Positions 27,483-37,383 of a stretch of 64,000 bases of DNA are shown here, piece after piece; within the stretch, counting starts at the first letter, position 1; every line of letters starts with the position of its first letter. Location of the stretch: assembly GCA_038225185.1 (NCBI GenBank), contig JBBRFA010000003.1:10430-74429 (forward strand). The letters are read 5' to 3'. The notes beneath the pieces were generated by a model. The model saw only the letters and a program-made list of their open reading frames with translations. It was not told the DNA's origin and made no database searches. The translations under genes were made by a program, and so were the position numbers. Source of the stretch: Chthoniobacterales bacterium. GTDB lineage: Bacteria; Verrucomicrobiota; Verrucomicrobiia; Chthoniobacterales; DASVRZ01.

Positions 27483-27569
27483 GAATGGGCACGAATGGAC
27501 ACGAATGGAGGGTAAAAAATGCAGCATTGTCATTGATTTGTGCCCGTCGGTGTTCATTCGTGGTTTTTT
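27478..27569. repeat. Intergenic element: three tandem CACGAATGG(R) words, a 43-nt spacer, an inverted TTCATTCGTGG, and T6
   Basis: Words at 27480-27509, and inverted copy at 27553-27563. CCACGAATG (27478-27486) and CATTCGTGG (27555-27563) are exact complements. T-run at 27564-27569. Confidence 0.75.
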
Positions 27570-27588
27570 CCAGGTCCGGATTATGCGC

Positions 27589-30045
27589 CTAGACCGGGAC
27601 GGCGGGAAGTTTCCAGATGTCGCGGGCGTATTCGCTGATCGTGCGGTCGCTGCTGAATTTGCCGACGCGGGCGGTGTTGAGGACGGCCATGCGGGCCCAG
27701 GCGCTGCGGTTTTTAAAGGCGGCATCGACTTTTTGCTGAGCTTCGCTGTAGCTGGCGAAATCGGGCAGGCAAAGGAAAGGATCGCTGTGAATGAGGTTTT
27801 CGCTAAGCATGGTGAGTGCGCCGGGTTCGTTGTGGGTGAAGTAGTTGGAGCCGATCCAATCGACGACGGCTTTCAGTTCTTCGTTGCCGTTGTAATAATC
27901 GAAAGGTTTGTAACCTTTTTTCCAAAGAGCGGCGACTTCCGGGGTGGTGAGGCCGAAGAGAAAGAAGTTTTCGGGGCCGACTTCCTCGCGGATTTCGACG
28001 TTGGCACCGTCGAGGGTGCCGATGGTGAGGGCACCGTTGAGGGTGAGTTTCATGTTGCCGGTGCCGCTGGCTTCTTTGCCGGCGGTGGAGATTTGTTCGG
28101 AGAGATCGGCGGCCGGGACGATGCGTTGGGCGAGGGAGACGCGGTAGTTGGGCAGGAAGGCGATTTTTAGTTTGTCGTTGATGCGTTTGTCGGCATTGAC
28201 GTGCGCTGCGACAGAATTAATGGCTTTGATGATGCACTTGGCGAGATCGTAACCGGGGGCGGCTTTGGCGGCAAAAATGAAGACGCGCGGGGCGATATCG
28301 AGGTCGGGATTTTGGAGGAGGCGCCGATAGAGGGCGAGGATGTGGAGGAGATTCAGGTGCTGACGTTTGTATTCGTGGAGGCGCTTGATCTGGACATCGA
28401 AAAGGGCGTGGGGATCGACGATGACGCCGCATTGCTCGAGAATGGTCTCGGCGAGATCGACTTTATTGGCGTGTTTGATGGCCATGAAATCGTGCTGAAA
28501 CCCGGCGTCGTCGGCGAAGGGTTCGAGCTGGCGGAGGAGGTCGAGGTTGCGCACCCATCCGGAGCCGATGCGGGAGGTGATGAGGGTGCTGAGCCGGGGG
28601 TTGCAGGCGAGAAGCCAGCGGCGGGGGGTGATGCCGTTGGTTTTGTTATTGAAACGGCCTGGATAAAGGGTGTCGAACTCGGGGAAAAGATCACTTTTCA
28701 GGAGCTGGGTGTGGAGGGCAGCGACGCCATTGACGGAGTAACTGCCAACGACGGAAAGGTGGGCCATTCTCACCATTTGCACGTGGCCTTCCTCGATGAT
28801 GGAGAGAATGCGTTTTTTTTCCACGTCGCCGGGCCATCTGGCATCTACTTCGGCGAGGAAATGCTTGTTGATTTCGAAGATGATTTGCAGGTGGCGCGGG
28901 AGGACTTTTTGGAAAAGTGGGACGCTCCATTTTTCGAGTGCCTCGGGCAGGAGGGTGTGATTGGTGTAGGCGAAGGTGCGGGTGACGATGGACCAGGCCG
29001 CGTCCCAGGTGAGATTGTATTGGTCGTGGAGAATGCGGAGGAGCTCGACAATGGCGACGGCGGGGTGGGTGTCGTTGAGTTGGATGGTGACTTTTTCCGG
29101 GAAATCGTCCCAGCCTTGGTTGTTTTTAAAATAGCGGCGGATGATGTCTTTGAGGGAACAGGCGACGAAGAAATATTGCTGGGCGAGGCGAAGTTCTTTG
29201 CCGCTTTCGGTTTTGTCGTTGGGATAAAGGACCTTGGAGATGGTTTCGCTGGCATTTTTATCGCGAACGGCTTCGTCGTAGCTGCTGCGGTTAAAGGCCT
29301 CGAAGTCGAAGTCGGAGGAGGCGCGCGATTCCCAGAGGCGAAGGTAGTTGACGGTGTTGGTGCCGAAGCCGGGGACCGGGATGTCGTAGGGGACGCCCAT
29401 CAATTTCGTGGTGCCGACCCAGCGCGGGATGTAGTTGCCGCGATCGTCGAAGACGTTTTCGATGTGTCCGTAAAGTTCGATCTCGGTGGTGTGTTCGGGG
29501 CGCATGATTTCCCAGGGGGTGCCGAAGCTGAGCCAGGCGTCGGGGAGTTCGATCTGATGGCCGTTGCGGAACTCTTGTTTAAAGAGTCCGTATTGATAAT
29601 GGATGCCGTAGCCGACAGCGGGAAGATCGAGGGTGGCGAGGGAATCGAGAAAGCAGGCAGCGAGGCGTCCGAGGCCTCCATTTCCGAGGGCCATGTCGTA
29701 TTCTTCGCTGCGCAAGTCGGCGATGTCGAAGCCCATTTCCTTAAGGGCTTTTTCCACGGTGTCAAAAATGCCGGCGCTGTAAAGGCTGTTGGAGAACAGG
29801 CGACCCATGAGGAATTCGAGCGAGAAATAATAAACGCGACGGGCGTTGGTGTCGTGATGAATGGCCTGGGTGGCAATCATGCGCTCAATGATGATGCGCT
29901 GAACGGCTTTGGAGGTGGAAAGCCACCAATCGCGTTGCGAGGCGGTGGAATGATCGCGGGCGAGGGCAAATTTCAGCATGCTCTCGATGAGAGCTTTCAA
30001 ACCCTCGGTGGATGTGTCGATTTCGGAAGTAAAAGTGGTCCCCAT
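27589..30045 (-). CDS. glgP: Glycogen/alpha-glucan phosphorylase
   Basis: 818 aa. [15 protein letters not shown] and [28 protein letters not shown] (PLP-lysine region) motifs. Confidence 0.95.
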   Translation of the reverse strand: MGTTFTSEIDTSTEGLKALIESMLKFALARDHSTASQRDWWLSTSKAVQRIIIERMIATQAIHHDTNARRVYYFSLEFLMGRLFSNSLYSAGIFDTVEKALKEMGFDIADLRSEEYDMALGNGGLGRLAACFLDSLATLDLPAVGYGIHYQYGLFKQEFRNGHQIELPDAWLSFGTPWEIMRPEHTTEIELYGHIENVFDDRGNYIPRWVGTTKLMGVPYDIPVPGFGTNTVNYLRLWESRASSDFDFEAFNRSSYDEAVRDKNASETISKVLYPNDKTESGKELRLAQQYFFVACSLKDIIRRYFKNNQGWDDFPEKVTIQLNDTHPAVAIVELLRILHDQYNLTWDAAWSIVTRTFAYTNHTLLPEALEKWSVPLFQKVLPRHLQIIFEINKHFLAEVDARWPGDVEKKRILSIIEEGHVQMVRMAHLSVVGSYSVNGVAALHTQLLKSDLFPEFDTLYPGRFNNKTNGITPRRWLLACNPRLSTLITSRIGSGWVRNLDLLRQLEPFADDAGFQHDFMAIKHANKVDLAETILEQCGVIVDPHALFDVQIKRLHEYKRQHLNLLHILALYRRLLQNPDLDIAPRVFIFAAKAAPGYDLAKCIIKAINSVAAHVNADKRINDKLKIAFLPNYRVSLAQRIVPAADLSEQISTAGKEASGTGNMKLTLNGALTIGTLDGANVEIREEVGPENFFLFGLTTPEVAALWKKGYKPFDYYNGNEELKAVVDWIGSNYFTHNEPGALTMLSENLIHSDPFLCLPDFASYSEAQQKVDAAFKNRSAWARMAVLNTARVGKFSSDRTISEYARDIWKLPAVPV

Positions 30046-30149
30046 GGTAGTGATTTACGGGAAAAACTCTGCGGCGGTAAGAAAAAAATGCGCGATTTCC
30101 GCCGAAGACGAATTTTTTTAAATTAACGAAAGTTTGTGAGAACAACCAA

Positions 30150-30626
30150 TTACGCAGGGACTTTTTCCGGAAGGCGGCTGCGACATTTGCCGTCGCGCTG
30201 CAATTCGTCGCAACGCGCTTCGATGCGAATCATTTTCGATTCCGGCGAAAATCCGAGTCGTTTCGAGATGCAATCCTCCATGGTGCTGATGCCGACATCC
30301 TCGAATTCCACGATTTTATCGCAGTCCACACAAATGAGATGGTTATGATGAGGACGATCGACAAAATTCGGGTCGTAATACTTAAAATCGCGCCCGAAAT
30401 CCATCTCGCGCAACATCCCGCTTTGGACCAAAATGGGTAGCGTGCGATAAACGGTGGCACGAGAGACGGAGCGTTCAATCTTGCGCGCCATGAGGAGCAA
30501 ATCCTCGGCGGTGTAATGCTCTTTGGTGCTAAACGCTGCTTCCACGATGGCATCGCGCTGGCTGGTGCGCCGAAAGCCTTTTGCCTTTAAAAAAACCTCC
30601 ATATTTTCGCGAGTCGTAGGGTCCAT
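30150..30626 (-). CDS. Fur-family metalloregulator
   Basis: [12 protein letters not shown]..., [10 protein letters not shown] (wHTH), and [16 protein letters not shown] metal-site motifs. ATG 30626 is preferred; ATG 30671 is possible. Confidence 0.85.
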   Translation of the reverse strand: MDPTTRENMEVFLKAKGFRRTSQRDAIVEAAFSTKEHYTAEDLLLMARKIERSVSRATVYRTLPILVQSGMLREMDFGRDFKYYDPNFVDRPHHNHLICVDCDKIVEFEDVGISTMEDCISKRLGFSPESKMIRIEARCDELQRDGKCRSRLPEKVPA

Positions 30627-30731
30627 GAAACCCGGAGCATAGCAGCGCAGTTTTTTCGAGTCAACCTTCAAGCGGTTTTCAGCTTGTCGCTCCGGCCCGG
30701 ATGCGCTACTTTGTTCTATCTAAACATAAAC

Positions 30732-32546
30732 ATGAGCACGCCCAATACCCTTGATTTACCCCAATCCATCTCCGCTGCCGCCGAACGCGGTGAAGTCATG
30801 AACGGAGCGGAAATCCTCGTCGCCTGCCTGGAGCGCGAAGCGGTGGACACGATTTTTGCCTACCCAGGCGGAGCTTCGATGCCCATCCACCAAGCGCTTA
30901 CCAAATCGACCAAAATTCGCACCATTTTACCCCGTCACGAACAAGGCGGCGTGTTCGCAGCGGGAGGTTACGCCCGTGCCACTGGCCGCGCTGGCGTCTG
31001 CATGGCGACCTCCGGGCCAGGTGCCACCAATTTAGTCACTGGGATTGCCGATGCCTACATGGATTCCATCCCGCTCATTGCCATCACCGGCCAGGTTCCG
31101 CAGGCCATGATCGGACGCGGCGCATTCCAGGAGACCGACGTGTTTGGCATGACTCTCCCGATGGTGAAGCACAATTACCTCGTCTGGGACGTAAACGAAA
31201 TCCCTCGCATCGTAAAGGAAGCCTTTTACATCGCTCAATCGGGGCGTCCAGGGCCGGTGTTGATCGACATTCCCAAAAACATCCAAAACGCCCGCACCCA
31301 ACCCATTTTTCCCGTTAATATCGAGCTGCGTGGCTACAATCCTGACGTCAAAGCTGACGATCTCGCCCTCAATGAAGTGATCGGCATGATCGCTGCCGCC
31401 AAACACCCCATGATCTATTGCGGGGGCGGTATTATTACTGGAGAAGCCTCCGCCGAACTCCTCGAATTCGTCGAACGCTCACAAATCCCCGTCGCCACCA
31501 CCCTCATGGGGATCGGCGGTTTCCCCGAAACACACGAGCTTTCGCTTAAATGGCTCGGGATGCACGGCACCGTTTACGCCAACAACGCAGTTAACGAAGC
31601 CGATCTGCTTCTCGCCATCGGCGTGCGTTTCGACGACCGCGTCACCGGTAAAATCGAAGAATTTGCCAAACACGGCACCATCGTTCACATCGATATCGAT
31701 AATTCCGAGATTAACAAAAACAAAGTCGTTCGCCTGCCCATCCTTAGCGACGTCAAATACGCTCTCACCCGACTTAACGAATTGCTCGCCAAAACAGGCC
31801 GCGAACGCGTGAAATCCGGCTTCACCGCCTTCCCCGATTGGTATGAACAGATCGCCGTCTGGCGCAAAGAATTTCCTTTTACCTTCAAAGACACCGAGGA
31901 AGCCATCCAGCCGCAATACGCCATTCGCTTGCTCTACGAACTCGATAAAGGGAACTCCATCATCACCACCGGCGTGGGCCAGCACCAAATGTGGGCCGCT
32001 CAATATTACGATTTCAATTCCCCGCGCACCCTCATCACCTCCGCAGGTCTTGGCACAATGGGCTTCGGCCTGCCCGCCGCCATCGGAGCCAAAGTGGCTT
32101 TTCCCGATAAACAAGTCGTCGATATCGACGGCGACGGCTCCTTCCTCATGAATGTGCAGGAACTGGCCATGGCACACGTCGAGCAAATCGCTCCCAAAGT
32201 CATCATCCTCAACAACCAATACCTCGGCATGGTCGTGCAATGGGAGGATCGTTTCTACAAGAGCAATCGCGGACACACCTTCCTCGGCGATCCACGCGAC
32301 CTAAGCCGCATCTATCCCGATTACGTCACCATGTGCGCTTCGTTTGGCATCACCTGCGAACGCGTGATTGAGAAAAAAGATCTCGCCGGTGCCATTCAAC
32401 GCATGCTTGATAGCAAGGAATGCTATGTTCTCGATGTGATGGTGCCTTTCACCGAGCACGTGTTACCCATGATCCCCAGCGGAGGATCCTACAAGGATGT
32501 CATCACAGAGGGACGCGACACCCTGCAGGCAGGTTCCGGATTGTAA
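30732..32546 (+). CDS. ilvB: Acetolactate synthase (AHAS) large subunit
   Basis: [41 protein letters not shown], and a TPP-binding [15 protein letters not shown]...DGDGSFLMN motif. Start options are 30732 or 30798. Confidence 0.9.
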   Translation: MSTPNTLDLPQSISAAAERGEVMNGAEILVACLEREAVDTIFAYPGGASMPIHQALTKSTKIRTILPRHEQGGVFAAGGYARATGRAGVCMATSGPGATNLVTGIADAYMDSIPLIAITGQVPQAMIGRGAFQETDVFGMTLPMVKHNYLVWDVNEIPRIVKEAFYIAQSGRPGPVLIDIPKNIQNARTQPIFPVNIELRGYNPDVKADDLALNEVIGMIAAAKHPMIYCGGGIITGEASAELLEFVERSQIPVATTLMGIGGFPETHELSLKWLGMHGTVYANNAVNEADLLLAIGVRFDDRVTGKIEEFAKHGTIVHIDIDNSEINKNKVVRLPILSDVKYALTRLNELLAKTGRERVKSGFTAFPDWYEQIAVWRKEFPFTFKDTEEAIQPQYAIRLLYELDKGNSIITTGVGQHQMWAAQYYDFNSPRTLITSAGLGTMGFGLPAAIGAKVAFPDKQVVDIDGDGSFLMNVQELAMAHVEQIAPKVIILNNQYLGMVVQWEDRFYKSNRGHTFLGDPRDLSRIYPDYVTMCASFGITCERVIEKKDLAGAIQRMLDSKECYVLDVMVPFTEHVLPMIPSGGSYKDVITEGRDTLQAGSGL

Positions 32547-32583
32547 AACCCAGATTGCAGCACACTAGGTTTAATAATAAAAA

Positions 32584-32614
32584 AGAACGAACCACCCGGT
32601 TCGTTCTTTTTTTT
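32584..32614. terminator. Bidirectional rho-independent terminator between convergent ilvB and the lipoprotein gene
   Basis: AGAACGAACC (32584-32593) / GGTTCGTTCT (32598-32607) with a 4-nt loop, flanked by an A-run upstream (32573-32583) and a T7 run downstream (32608-32614). Confidence 0.8.
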
Positions 32615-32663
32615 GTGACTAGCGTTCAAGCGCTGGTCGTTGGTTTTTTAAAAACCAGCTAAA

Positions 32664-33107
32664 TCACCGGTCCTTACGGTTTTCTTCATCCTCATCGTCG
32701 CGATCTTTTTTGCTCTTTTTCTTCTTATCTTTGCGGTCATCATTTCGGGAATCCCTGTTAATGTCCTCGCGGAATTTCACGTTTCTTCGATTTGAGGATC
32801 GATAATTATCATCCGTTTTAACGATCACAACTGGGCGGGTGACAATGGTGGTCGGGCGACGATACCCCCGGTCGTAGTAATTACGAGTGGGACGTTCATA
32901 CCTATCGTCTCGATAACGGGTATCGCGGTATCGATCATCACGATACCGATTGTCGCGGTAACGATCATTGCGATAACGATCATTGCGATAGCCATTGTCG
33001 TAATACCCGTCGCGCACGACTGTGCGGCGTTGTTCGACCAGCAATGTTTCGCATCCAGTAAAGGTAAATGCAGCAATCAGGAGAAGGGTGATGGTAATAA
33101 TTTTCAT
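32664..33107 (-). CDS. Predicted lipoprotein with tandem (D/N)RYR repeats and a Lys/Asp/Glu-rich tail
   Basis: MKIITITLLLIAAFTFTGC (signal peptide plus lipobox-like FTGC), then GYRNDRYRNDRYRDNRYRDDRYRDTRYRDDRYERP and a C-terminal DRKDKKKKSKKDRDDEDEENRKDR. Confidence 0.7.
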   Translation of the reverse strand: MKIITITLLLIAAFTFTGCETLLVEQRRTVVRDGYYDNGYRNDRYRNDRYRDNRYRDDRYRDTRYRDDRYERPTRNYYDRGYRRPTTIVTRPVVIVKTDDNYRSSNRRNVKFREDINRDSRNDDRKDKKKKSKKDRDDEDEENRKDR

Positions 33108-33210
33108 AGAAAACACTAATTGATCGTTATTCGATGACTCCTTGGATGGGTTATTTCATTTGTAGTGGAATGGCACTGTCTTTTTCTACGTCGTTCGGCT
33201 AATTTATTCA

Positions 33211-33564
33211 ATGCTCGGCTTGCCTCACGAAAAAACCGTCCTCATCCGTCCAGAGTTCCTCAACCATGCCGGCACTTTGTTCGGTGGAAACATGATGATG
33301 TGGGCGGATGACATGGCCTACAACGCCGCCACACTGCTTTTTCCCAGCGCAACCTTTGTCACCAAGCTTTTTGGCCCCATCGATTTTACCACTCCCGTTG
33401 CTCTCGGGCACATTATCAAGATTTACAGTCACGTCGAATCTCGTGGTAATACCTCCTGCAAAGTCCAAGTCTGGGCCATCAATGCCACCACGGGAGCCGA
33501 TGTCTTCAGCACTTACGCCATCATGGTCAACGTGCGCGATCAGCAAAAAATTCCGCTCACTTGA
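33211..33564 (+). CDS. Hotdog-fold acyl-CoA thioesterase (YciA-like)
   Basis: IRPEFLNHAGTLFGGNMMMWADDMAYNAA matches the acyl-CoA thioester hydrolase N-terminal pattern. 117 aa. Confidence 0.75.
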   Translation: MLGLPHEKTVLIRPEFLNHAGTLFGGNMMMWADDMAYNAATLLFPSATFVTKLFGPIDFTTPVALGHIIKIYSHVESRGNTSCKVQVWAINATTGADVFSTYAIMVNVRDQQKIPLT

Positions 33565-33627
33565 CCCGAAAAACAACAGGCCCGGCCAAGCCTGGGTAAA
33601 GTTTTTTCAAAAAAAATCAAAATTCTG

Positions 33628-33657
33628 TTGACGATAAATAGTAAATTGTGGTTTAAA
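33628..33657 (+). promoter_or_regulatory. Candidate sigma70-type promoter upstream of mraZ (dcw cluster)
   Basis: TTGACG (33628-33633), 18 nt, then TTTAAA (33652-33657), ~55 nt upstream of the mraZ ATG in an AT-rich gap. Pattern match only. Confidence 0.25.
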
Positions 33658-33712
33658 ATGGAGTTAATAAGCGCGAAATGGAGCAAAAGTCAGCTCTAAC
33701 GTCTTAAACCTT

Positions 33713-34165
33713 ATGGAAACCGCCTTCGCCAACACCCCTATTTATGCCGGAATCTTCCGCCACGCGGTCGATCCCAAAGGGCGTATCACGGTCCCAGCCA
33801 AATGGCGTCGCGCGGAGTCGGAGGATTTCTACATTATTCCCAACCCCAATAACCAATTTCTCATCGTCATGCCTCCCGAGGAATTTAAAGCCGTCGGAGC
33901 CAAGGTCGCAGCCTCCAAATCGTCCGAAGGCGATAAACGCAATTTTCTGCGGCGCTTTTACTCTGGTGCGCAGCCCTCCACTGTGGATCGCCAGGGGCGT
34001 ATGCTGCTCCCGGAGGAATACCTCACGCAAGTAGGTCTGCAAACCGATGTGATCCTGGCTGGTGGCGATGCCCGTTTCGAAATTTGGAATCCCGACCGTT
34101 GGAACGCGAACCTTGAGGATAAAAACGATGTTTACAACAGAGTCGGCGAAGAAATCGGTATTTAA
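33713..34165 (+). CDS. mraZ: Transcriptional regulator MraZ
   Basis: Two SpoVT/AbrB-like halves (AVDPKGRITVPAKWR; TVDRQGRMLLPEEY). First gene of the dcw cluster. Confidence 0.92.
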   Translation: METAFANTPIYAGIFRHAVDPKGRITVPAKWRRAESEDFYIIPNPNNQFLIVMPPEEFKAVGAKVAASKSSEGDKRNFLRRFYSGAQPSTVDRQGRMLLPEEYLTQVGLQTDVILAGGDARFEIWNPDRWNANLEDKNDVYNRVGEEIGI

Positions 34166-34214
34166 CCCACCCTGGCTATGCGCTTCAACTGGTCTCACAC
34201 CGGAAAATTCCCCC

Positions 34215-35216
34215 ATGACTTCACCCTCTTTCGACGCCAATCCTGCATCGGCAATCCGTCCTGCGGAATCCGGCGCATTCCGGCATCTTCCCGTTTTGCT
34301 GGATGAATCCCTGGAGGCACTACAACCCGCTCCCGGCAAAATCATCGTCGATGGCACGCTAGGTGGCGGAGGACACGCTGAAGCTTTTCTAACAAAAGGC
34401 GCACAGGTCATCGGCCTGGATCAGGATGAGGATGCCCTGCGTGCAGCCACCGCCCGTCTGGTGCGTTTTGGAGAAGCTTTTCATCCCGTAAAAGCCAACT
34501 TTCGCGATCTCGCCAAAGTCCTGGCCGATCTTCAAATCGAAAAAATCGATGGCCTGTTACTCGACATCGGTGTCTCCTCTCATCAACTCGATACGCCAGC
34601 ACGCGGCTTCAGCTTTCAGAATGAGGGACCGCTGGATATGCGTATGGACCAGCGCAGCGGACGTTCCGCAGCCGATTGGGTCAATCAAAGCGAGCTCGAA
34701 GAGCTGATTGCCATCTTCCGCCGATACGGAGAGGAACCTGCCTCCGTTCGCATCGCCCGACATCTGGTCAATGAACGCCAGAAACAGCCTTTTATTACCA
34801 CCACACAACTAGCCGGGGCTGTCGCTGTCGTGCATCCCCGACGTGGAAAAAAACATCCGGCCACCCAGATTTTTCAAGCCCTGCGCATAGCGGTAAACGA
34901 CGAGCTGGGAGCTTTGGAGACCCTCCTCTCGCAGGCACCCGGCCTCCTGGCAGAAGGAGCACGTTTCGCCGTGATGACCTTTCATTCCCTCGAAGATCGC
35001 ATGGTCAAACAAGATTTTCGCACTCGCAGCCAGGCCTGGCTGGATCGGCCGGAGTGGTCGGCTCCCCGCGCCAATCCCGCCTGCGTCTATCGTCTTTTGC
35101 AGCGTAAAAGCCTCACCGCCTCCAAAGACGAACTCACTAACAATCCCCGCGCCCGCAGCGCACGTCTGCGCGTCGTGGAAAAACTCACCCATAAATCCCA
35201 TGTCACGCAATCGTAG
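34215..35216 (+). CDS. rsmH: 16S rRNA (cytosine1402-N4)-methyltransferase
   Basis: HLPVLLDESLEAL, DGTLGGGGHA, DIGVSSHQLD, and FHSLEDRMVK motifs. ATG 34215 is preferred over the ORF-track start at 34062. Confidence 0.92.
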   Translation: MTSPSFDANPASAIRPAESGAFRHLPVLLDESLEALQPAPGKIIVDGTLGGGGHAEAFLTKGAQVIGLDQDEDALRAATARLVRFGEAFHPVKANFRDLAKVLADLQIEKIDGLLLDIGVSSHQLDTPARGFSFQNEGPLDMRMDQRSGRSAADWVNQSELEELIAIFRRYGEEPASVRIARHLVNERQKQPFITTTQLAGAVAVVHPRRGKKHPATQIFQALRIAVNDELGALETLLSQAPGLLAEGARFAVMTFHSLEDRMVKQDFRTRSQAWLDRPEWSAPRANPACVYRLLQRKSLTASKDELTNNPRARSARLRVVEKLTHKSHVTQS

Positions 35217-35571
35217 AAAAAACTCCGATACCATCCGGGTTGCCACCTGTGTCTGGTGGATTTTGGCATTCAGCATCATCGGCGGGTTGGGTCTCAGCTA
35301 TGTCTCGATTAAAAACCAGGCAATCGCTTATGGAGATGATCGGCGTAAACTGGAAGCTCAACTTAACGAAACCAGCAAACTCAATCGCGCTCTCGAAAAT
35401 CAAATCAACGGTCTCGTTTCCTGGAACTCGCTCCAACGTCAGCTCCAATCGGGCTTCATCCAACTGGTGGAAATCGATCCCACCCAAATCGTTCGCATCA
35501 ATACCAATCCCACCGAGATCGGCTACGTCTCCAATGCGAACACACCCGAGCGCATTCTGGCCCAAAAATGA
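35200..35571 (+). CDS. ftsL: FtsL-like bitopic cell-division protein
   Basis: Position between rsmH and ftsI. One TM (VWWILAFSIIGGLGLSYV) followed by a coiled-coil-like RRKLEAQLNETSKLNRALENQING. Confidence 0.6.
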   Translation: MSRNRRKNSDTIRVATCVWWILAFSIIGGLGLSYVSIKNQAIAYGDDRRKLEAQLNETSKLNRALENQINGLVSWNSLQRQLQSGFIQLVEIDPTQIVRINTNPTEIGYVSNANTPERILAQK

Positions 35572-37376
35572 AGCCAATCCAAAAAAGAGCGATCCTCGTT
35601 TGCATTCTTCTGGTCACCGTCCTGAGTGTCTATTCCGCGCGCTTGATTCAAATTCAGGTCGTCGATCATGAAATCTATGCCGCACGCGCCAATGCCAAGC
35701 ACATCGTAAAAAAACCTGTCTATGCCCAACGCGGGCGCATCATCGATATCAATCACGAGATTCTGGCCAGTAACACAGCGGTAAAAACCGTCTATGCCGA
35801 TGCCTCGCACATCCTGCTCACCGAGACGGGTAAAATCGACGACGCGGACCGCAAAAAAAATCGTGTCTCAAAAATTTCAGAGATTGTTGGCAGGCACCTG
35901 GGAATTCCAATTGAGGAAATCGAAAAAAAGATTCTCACCGAACGTCGCTACATCGTCCTTAAACATGGAGTCGATGAACTTGTCGCACACGCTTTGCAGG
36001 GCGAATTACGCGAGAAGGAATTGCGCGGCATTTATTTCAACGAGGATTTCCGCCGCATCTATCCCAATGGCGACATGCTCTGCCACGTTCTGGGTTGGCT
36101 GGATCACGAAAAAAACGGCCTTGCCGGCATCGAAAAAAGCATGGATGAATTTCTCCGCCAGCGCGATGGCTATCGCTTCACCGAGCGTGATCGCACCGGC
36201 CGGGAGATCGTGGTCTATCGCGGCTATGAGCGTCCCGCCCAGGAAGGATTGACTGTGCAGACTACCGTCAACCTCGCAATGCAGGCAGTCGTTGAGGAGG
36301 AATTAAAAGCTGCCTGCGAAAAATTCAAGCCCGAAGGCGCCACCATCATCATGATGAACCCGCACACCGGCGCCATCATGGCCATGGCATCCTGGCCCGT
36401 TTTTGATAATAACGATGCCAACAATGCGCCATCCGAAGTCACCAGAAACCATGCCGTGCTCGATATGTTGGAACCGGGTTCCACCTTTAAAATCGTCGCC
36501 GTGGGTGCCGCCATCGAAGAGGGGCTGGTGACTGACGAAACAAAAATCTTTTGTGAAGGGGGTCGTTTTTTCTATGGCGGAAGAATTCTCAGGGACCATC
36601 ATCCCTACGGGTCTCTTTCGGTGCACGAAATCCTCGTTAAATCGAGCAATATCGGAGTTGCCAAACTAGCTTTGCAAATGGGCGAACAACGTTTCCACGA
36701 TTATGTGCGTCGTTTTGGCTTCGGAGACCGCACTGGGATCGATCTGCCAGGGGAAATACCAGGGCGCGTAAATGCACCCGGTGGCGCGGATAAACTCGCC
36801 ATCACCCGTATCCCCATGGGGCAGGCCATCGGGGTCACTCCCATCCAGCTTTGCACCTCCATGTCTGTCATCGCAAACGGTGGCAACCTCATGATGCCAC
36901 AGGTGGTGGCCAGCATCATTGCCAGTGACGGACGTATTGTTAGCAAATATAAGCCAGTATTGGTTAGAAATGTTATCTCCAGGGAGACAGCGTTGAAAGT
37001 TACCGCCGCGCTCAAGGATGTGGTGGGTAAAAAAGGCACCGCGCCCCTCGCCATGGTGCCGGGATTCGCAGTCGCAGGCAAGACGGGCACCGCTCAGAAA
37101 GCAGGCGCCAGGGGCGGTTACATGGCTGAAAAATATATCGTTAGCTTTTGTGGTTTTTTGCCGGCCGACGATCCCGCTTTTGTCATCTATGTGCTCATCG
37201 ACGATGCCAAGCCCGGTGCCATTCCCAACTACGGTGGAACCATCGCCGCCCCCATCTTCGCCAATGTCGCACGCAAAGCGGCTCGCATCCTCGATCTAAA
37301 GCCAGACCCCGCATTGCTGGATCCCATGGAGGAAGGCCTCAAACAAGCTTCCAACACCAAACCGATTCGAGATTGA
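35568..37376 (+). CDS. ftsI: Peptidoglycan D,D-transpeptidase (class B PBP, FtsI)
   Basis: N-terminal TM, PBP dimerisation region, and transpeptidase motifs STFK (EPGSTFKIV), SSN (KSSNIG), and KTGT (AGKTGTAQ). Confidence 0.92.
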   Translation: MKPIQKRAILVCILLVTVLSVYSARLIQIQVVDHEIYAARANAKHIVKKPVYAQRGRIIDINHEILASNTAVKTVYADASHILLTETGKIDDADRKKNRVSKISEIVGRHLGIPIEEIEKKILTERRYIVLKHGVDELVAHALQGELREKELRGIYFNEDFRRIYPNGDMLCHVLGWLDHEKNGLAGIEKSMDEFLRQRDGYRFTERDRTGREIVVYRGYERPAQEGLTVQTTVNLAMQAVVEEELKAACEKFKPEGATIIMMNPHTGAIMAMASWPVFDNNDANNAPSEVTRNHAVLDMLEPGSTFKIVAVGAAIEEGLVTDETKIFCEGGRFFYGGRILRDHHPYGSLSVHEILVKSSNIGVAKLALQMGEQRFHDYVRRFGFGDRTGIDLPGEIPGRVNAPGGADKLAITRIPMGQAIGVTPIQLCTSMSVIANGGNLMMPQVVASIIASDGRIVSKYKPVLVRNVISRETALKVTAALKDVVGKKGTAPLAMVPGFAVAGKTGTAQKAGARGGYMAEKYIVSFCGFLPADDPAFVIYVLIDDAKPGAIPNYGGTIAAPIFANVARKAARILDLKPDPALLDPMEEGLKQASNTKPIRD

Positions 37377-37383
37377 TTTTTCC

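Noticed and set aside
28201-30126. 641-aa plus-strand ORF covering most of the glgP locus
   Set aside because: It is antisense to an unmistakable glycogen phosphorylase. Its G/A/V/E/D-rich, motif-free translation is typical of a shadow frame in GC-rich coding DNA.
30732-32663. ilvB without an adjacent ilvN small-subunit gene
   Set aside because: The gene is followed directly by a strong bidirectional terminator. Unlinked small subunits are common, and the rest of the genome is not visible, so this cannot be called anomalous.
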